Source of the DNA: Psychrobium sp. | GTDB taxonomy: Bacteria; Pseudomonadota; Gammaproteobacteria; Enterobacterales; Psychrobiaceae | NCBI GenBank assembly: GCA_013214905.1 | Contig: JABSRV010000006.1 | Span: 1 to 59,310 of the forward strand | Direction: 5' to 3' | DNA length: 59,310 bases | Shown: in pieces, positions 57,131 to 59,310 of the stretch | How positions within the stretch are numbered: the stretch's first letter is position 1 | Layout: each line of letters begins with the position of its first letter | The notes under the pieces: model-generated | Databases searched by the model: none | What the model was told of the DNA's origin: nothing | What the model saw: only the letters and a program-made list of their open reading frames with translations | Translations under genes and position numbers: made by a program

Positions 57131-58021
57131 GTGATGAAAGATGATTTAAATGACATGATGGTGTTCAAAAGTGTTGCTGAATTAGGAAGTTTTACCGCAA
57201 CGGCTTTGGCACTCGGTTTACCCAAATCAAACATTAGCCGTAAGATCACACGATTAGAAACAGCACTTGGTGCTCGACTATTAGAGCGCACCACTAGAAG
57301 TTTGAATTTAACGGAAATAGGGCGAGTTTATCTGGCGCATTGTCAGCGAATATTTGATGAGATATACAGTGCCAATCGATGCATCGACATTATGTCAAAT
57401 ACTCCACAAGGTAAAATTAGGATTGCGGCATCTATATCAGGAGGACAATCGCTTATTGCTCCGGTATTAGGATTATTTAGTCAGCAGTTCCCCGACATAA
57501 CATTAGATCTACAATTAAGTAATCGACGAGTCGATGTCATTAACGAAGCATTTGATGTCGCCATTCGCATTGGACCATCGGCTGACTCATCGATGATTTC
57601 GAAAAAGTTGTGCCGTGTTAAGTTGAGTTTATTTGCCAGTGATAATTACCTAACAGGCAATACAGCGATTAAACAGTCCACCGATGTTGCTAATCACGCC
57701 TGCTTATATATGAACGCATTAGATGAACTAGCTAGTTGGTCTCTGATTAATGAGTCTGAGAATGTACAAATCTCGTTAAAGCCACTCATGTTTTGCAATG
57801 ACTACACAACATTGGCGCAAGCAAGCATCAACCATATGGGAGTTTGCATGTTGCCCGACTATATAGCGGATAAGTACCTAAAGAATAATCAACTGATGGC
57901 TGTATTACCGAATTGGTCTGGTCCTTGTATAGATATTTACGCCGTTTATCCAAGTCGTGGTGGTGTGACGCCAAAGCTAAGGGCATTATTAGATTTTTTA
58001 ACCGATCAACTTTCACAATAA
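57131..58021 (+). CDS. LysR-family regulator (CrgA/DmlR-like), divergent from the pirin gene
   Basis: GSFTATA..LGLPKSNISRKI..LE..LGARLLERTTR; FDVAIRIG; PKLRALLDFL. Confidence 0.95.
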   Translation: MMKDDLNDMMVFKSVAELGSFTATALALGLPKSNISRKITRLETALGARLLERTTRSLNLTEIGRVYLAHCQRIFDEIYSANRCIDIMSNTPQGKIRIAASISGGQSLIAPVLGLFSQQFPDITLDLQLSNRRVDVINEAFDVAIRIGPSADSSMISKKLCRVKLSLFASDNYLTGNTAIKQSTDVANHACLYMNALDELASWSLINESENVQISLKPLMFCNDYTTLAQASINHMGVCMLPDYIADKYLKNNQLMAVLPNWSGPCIDIYAVYPSRGGVTPKLRALLDFLTDQLSQ

Positions 58022-58039
58022 ATAAGAAGCAAGAGAAGG

Positions 58040-58309
58040 ATGAATAAGTCATTTAAGATAACAATAGAGCAAGTCCACGCAGGTTATGATTTAACGATTA
58101 GTAAAGATCAGCAATCTGCAACCTTACTAATGCCAGATAAAGAGCAAGCTAATAGCATTGCACAAAAAATTATTAACCTAGCTGAACAACATAATATGAC
58201 AATCAACGCGGCATGCAGTCTATTTAATACGGGCGCTGCAATGTATATACCCGTCATCCTTGAAACCGCAGCTTTATTGTCGGCGGATTCGAATCACAAT
58301 CACATATAA
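58040..58309 (+). CDS. Hypothetical protein whose C-terminus is supplied by an ERIC-like element
   Basis: 89-aa ORF; its last about 20 codons lie inside 58246-58372. Confidence 0.45.
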   Translation: MNKSFKITIEQVHAGYDLTISKDQQSATLLMPDKEQANSIAQKIINLAEQHNMTINAACSLFNTGAAMYIPVILETAALLSADSNHNHI

Positions 58310-58372
58310 TGCATAAGCTCAGGTGATTCGAACCTTGACAGCTTCACTGCAATTCCAATTATTTTGGGTATA
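58246..58372 (+). repeat. ERIC-like 127-bp MITE, copy 2
   Basis: Colinear and highly similar to 45466-45592; TATACCC...GGGTATA ends. Confidence 0.88.
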
Positions 58373-58466
58373 GCAACAATCTACGACCAAATTCCGATAA
58401 TAATGCCTGATTGTTATTCGGTTTGATTGCTAAATAAGCGAACGGCGTAAAGTTAACAAAAAGCCC

Positions 58467-58501
58467 TTGCCAAGACTCAGAAGTTCTCTATAATCCGCCT
58501 C
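58467..58501 (+). promoter_or_regulatory. rrn P1 promoter
   Basis: TTGCCA-N16-TATAAT followed by GC-rich discriminator CCGCCTC; A-tract upstream. Confidence 0.85.
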
Positions 58502-58612
58502 ACTGAAACGGGGAAGCAGCCACTTATTCGAAACGCTTAGGCGTCACAATAACTAGCTACCAAGCGCTTCAGAGAAGAAAACGACTTAATTTAAAATCTT
58601 TTAATTTAAACG

Positions 58613-58649
58613 TTGACTTCGAATTTGGAAAGCGTATTATACGCATCCC
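58613..58649 (+). promoter_or_regulatory. rrn P2 promoter
   Basis: TTGACT-N16-TATTAT-ACGCATCCC with AT-rich UP element. Confidence 0.85.
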
Positions 58650-58722
58650 AACGCAACGAGCCACACGGTTTGAAGCGCTTCTCCTGCCTAACTTTAACGA
58701 GTTTTGAAAGTCGAGATAAAAC

Positions 58723-58759
58723 GTTCTTTAACAATTAGTATTCAAATAAACTGTGTGGG
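58723..58759 (+). promoter_or_regulatory. rrn antitermination boxA and boxC
   Basis: GTTCTTTAACAA (58723-58734) and TGTGTGGG (58752-58759). Confidence 0.8.
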
Positions 58760-58975
58760 CATTTGAGAGTTTATCCTTTAAAAATGAATTTAGTATTCAT
58801 TTTTTAGATAAACGAGTTAGGTACTGAGGTTCTTAACGATACATGTCTACACGATGAAATAGAGATATTTCAAAGTTATGATAAGCGTAACACTACGATT
58901 GACCTTAGGGTTGAAAGTAGAGGTTAAGCTAGTATTCATTGAGACCTTAGCTTATTAAATTAAGCATCAAATTTT

Positions 58976-59310
<335 letters not shown>

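Overview
Chromosomal segment from a gammaproteobacterium, probably a marine Alteromonadales-like organism judging by its core proteins and the 5' end of its 16S; the genus cannot be fixed from here. Core genes are dnaB, alr, dsbC, sdaA, an AgcS-type symporter, recJ, prfB (programmed +1 frameshift), lysS and the start of an rrn operon (P1/P2 promoters, boxA, partial 16S). Accessory blocks: (1) 1-4.8 kb has two IS110-family (IS1111-group) ends/copies around a four-lipoprotein CsgG/DUF4810/GNA1162-type cassette bounded by a 16-bp direct repeat. The IS 3' non-coding region carries short matches to its own target and ends, as expected for a bridge/seek RNA. (2) 6.4-16.2 kb is a defence-island-like block: an SMC/KITE/kleisin/TOPRIM (MksBEFG/Wadjet-like) operon whose SMC gene is split by an in-frame TAA, followed by an overlapping pair of STAND-like ATPases (the second with TPR/Sel1 repeats) under a promoter buried in a 40-bp palindrome. 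(3) BlaI plus BlaR1-ankyrin. (4) About 27 kb between dsbC and recJ holds a YtrA-type ABC operon, a sigma54-controlled MacAB/FtsX-type exporter with a two-component system, and a Fur-box-led four-gene operon: large Ig/Ca-binding lipoprotein, FusA/YddB-type TonB-dependent transporter, 77-aa protein and MauG/MbnH-type di-haem enzyme. There are also two 127-bp ERIC-like elements, another MITE and several pseudogenes. The best candidates for undescribed systems are the Fur-regulated TBDT/di-haem operon (38.4-45.4 kb) and the dual STAND-ATPase module (12.9-16.2 kb). All family assignments are by motif recognition only; no searches were run.
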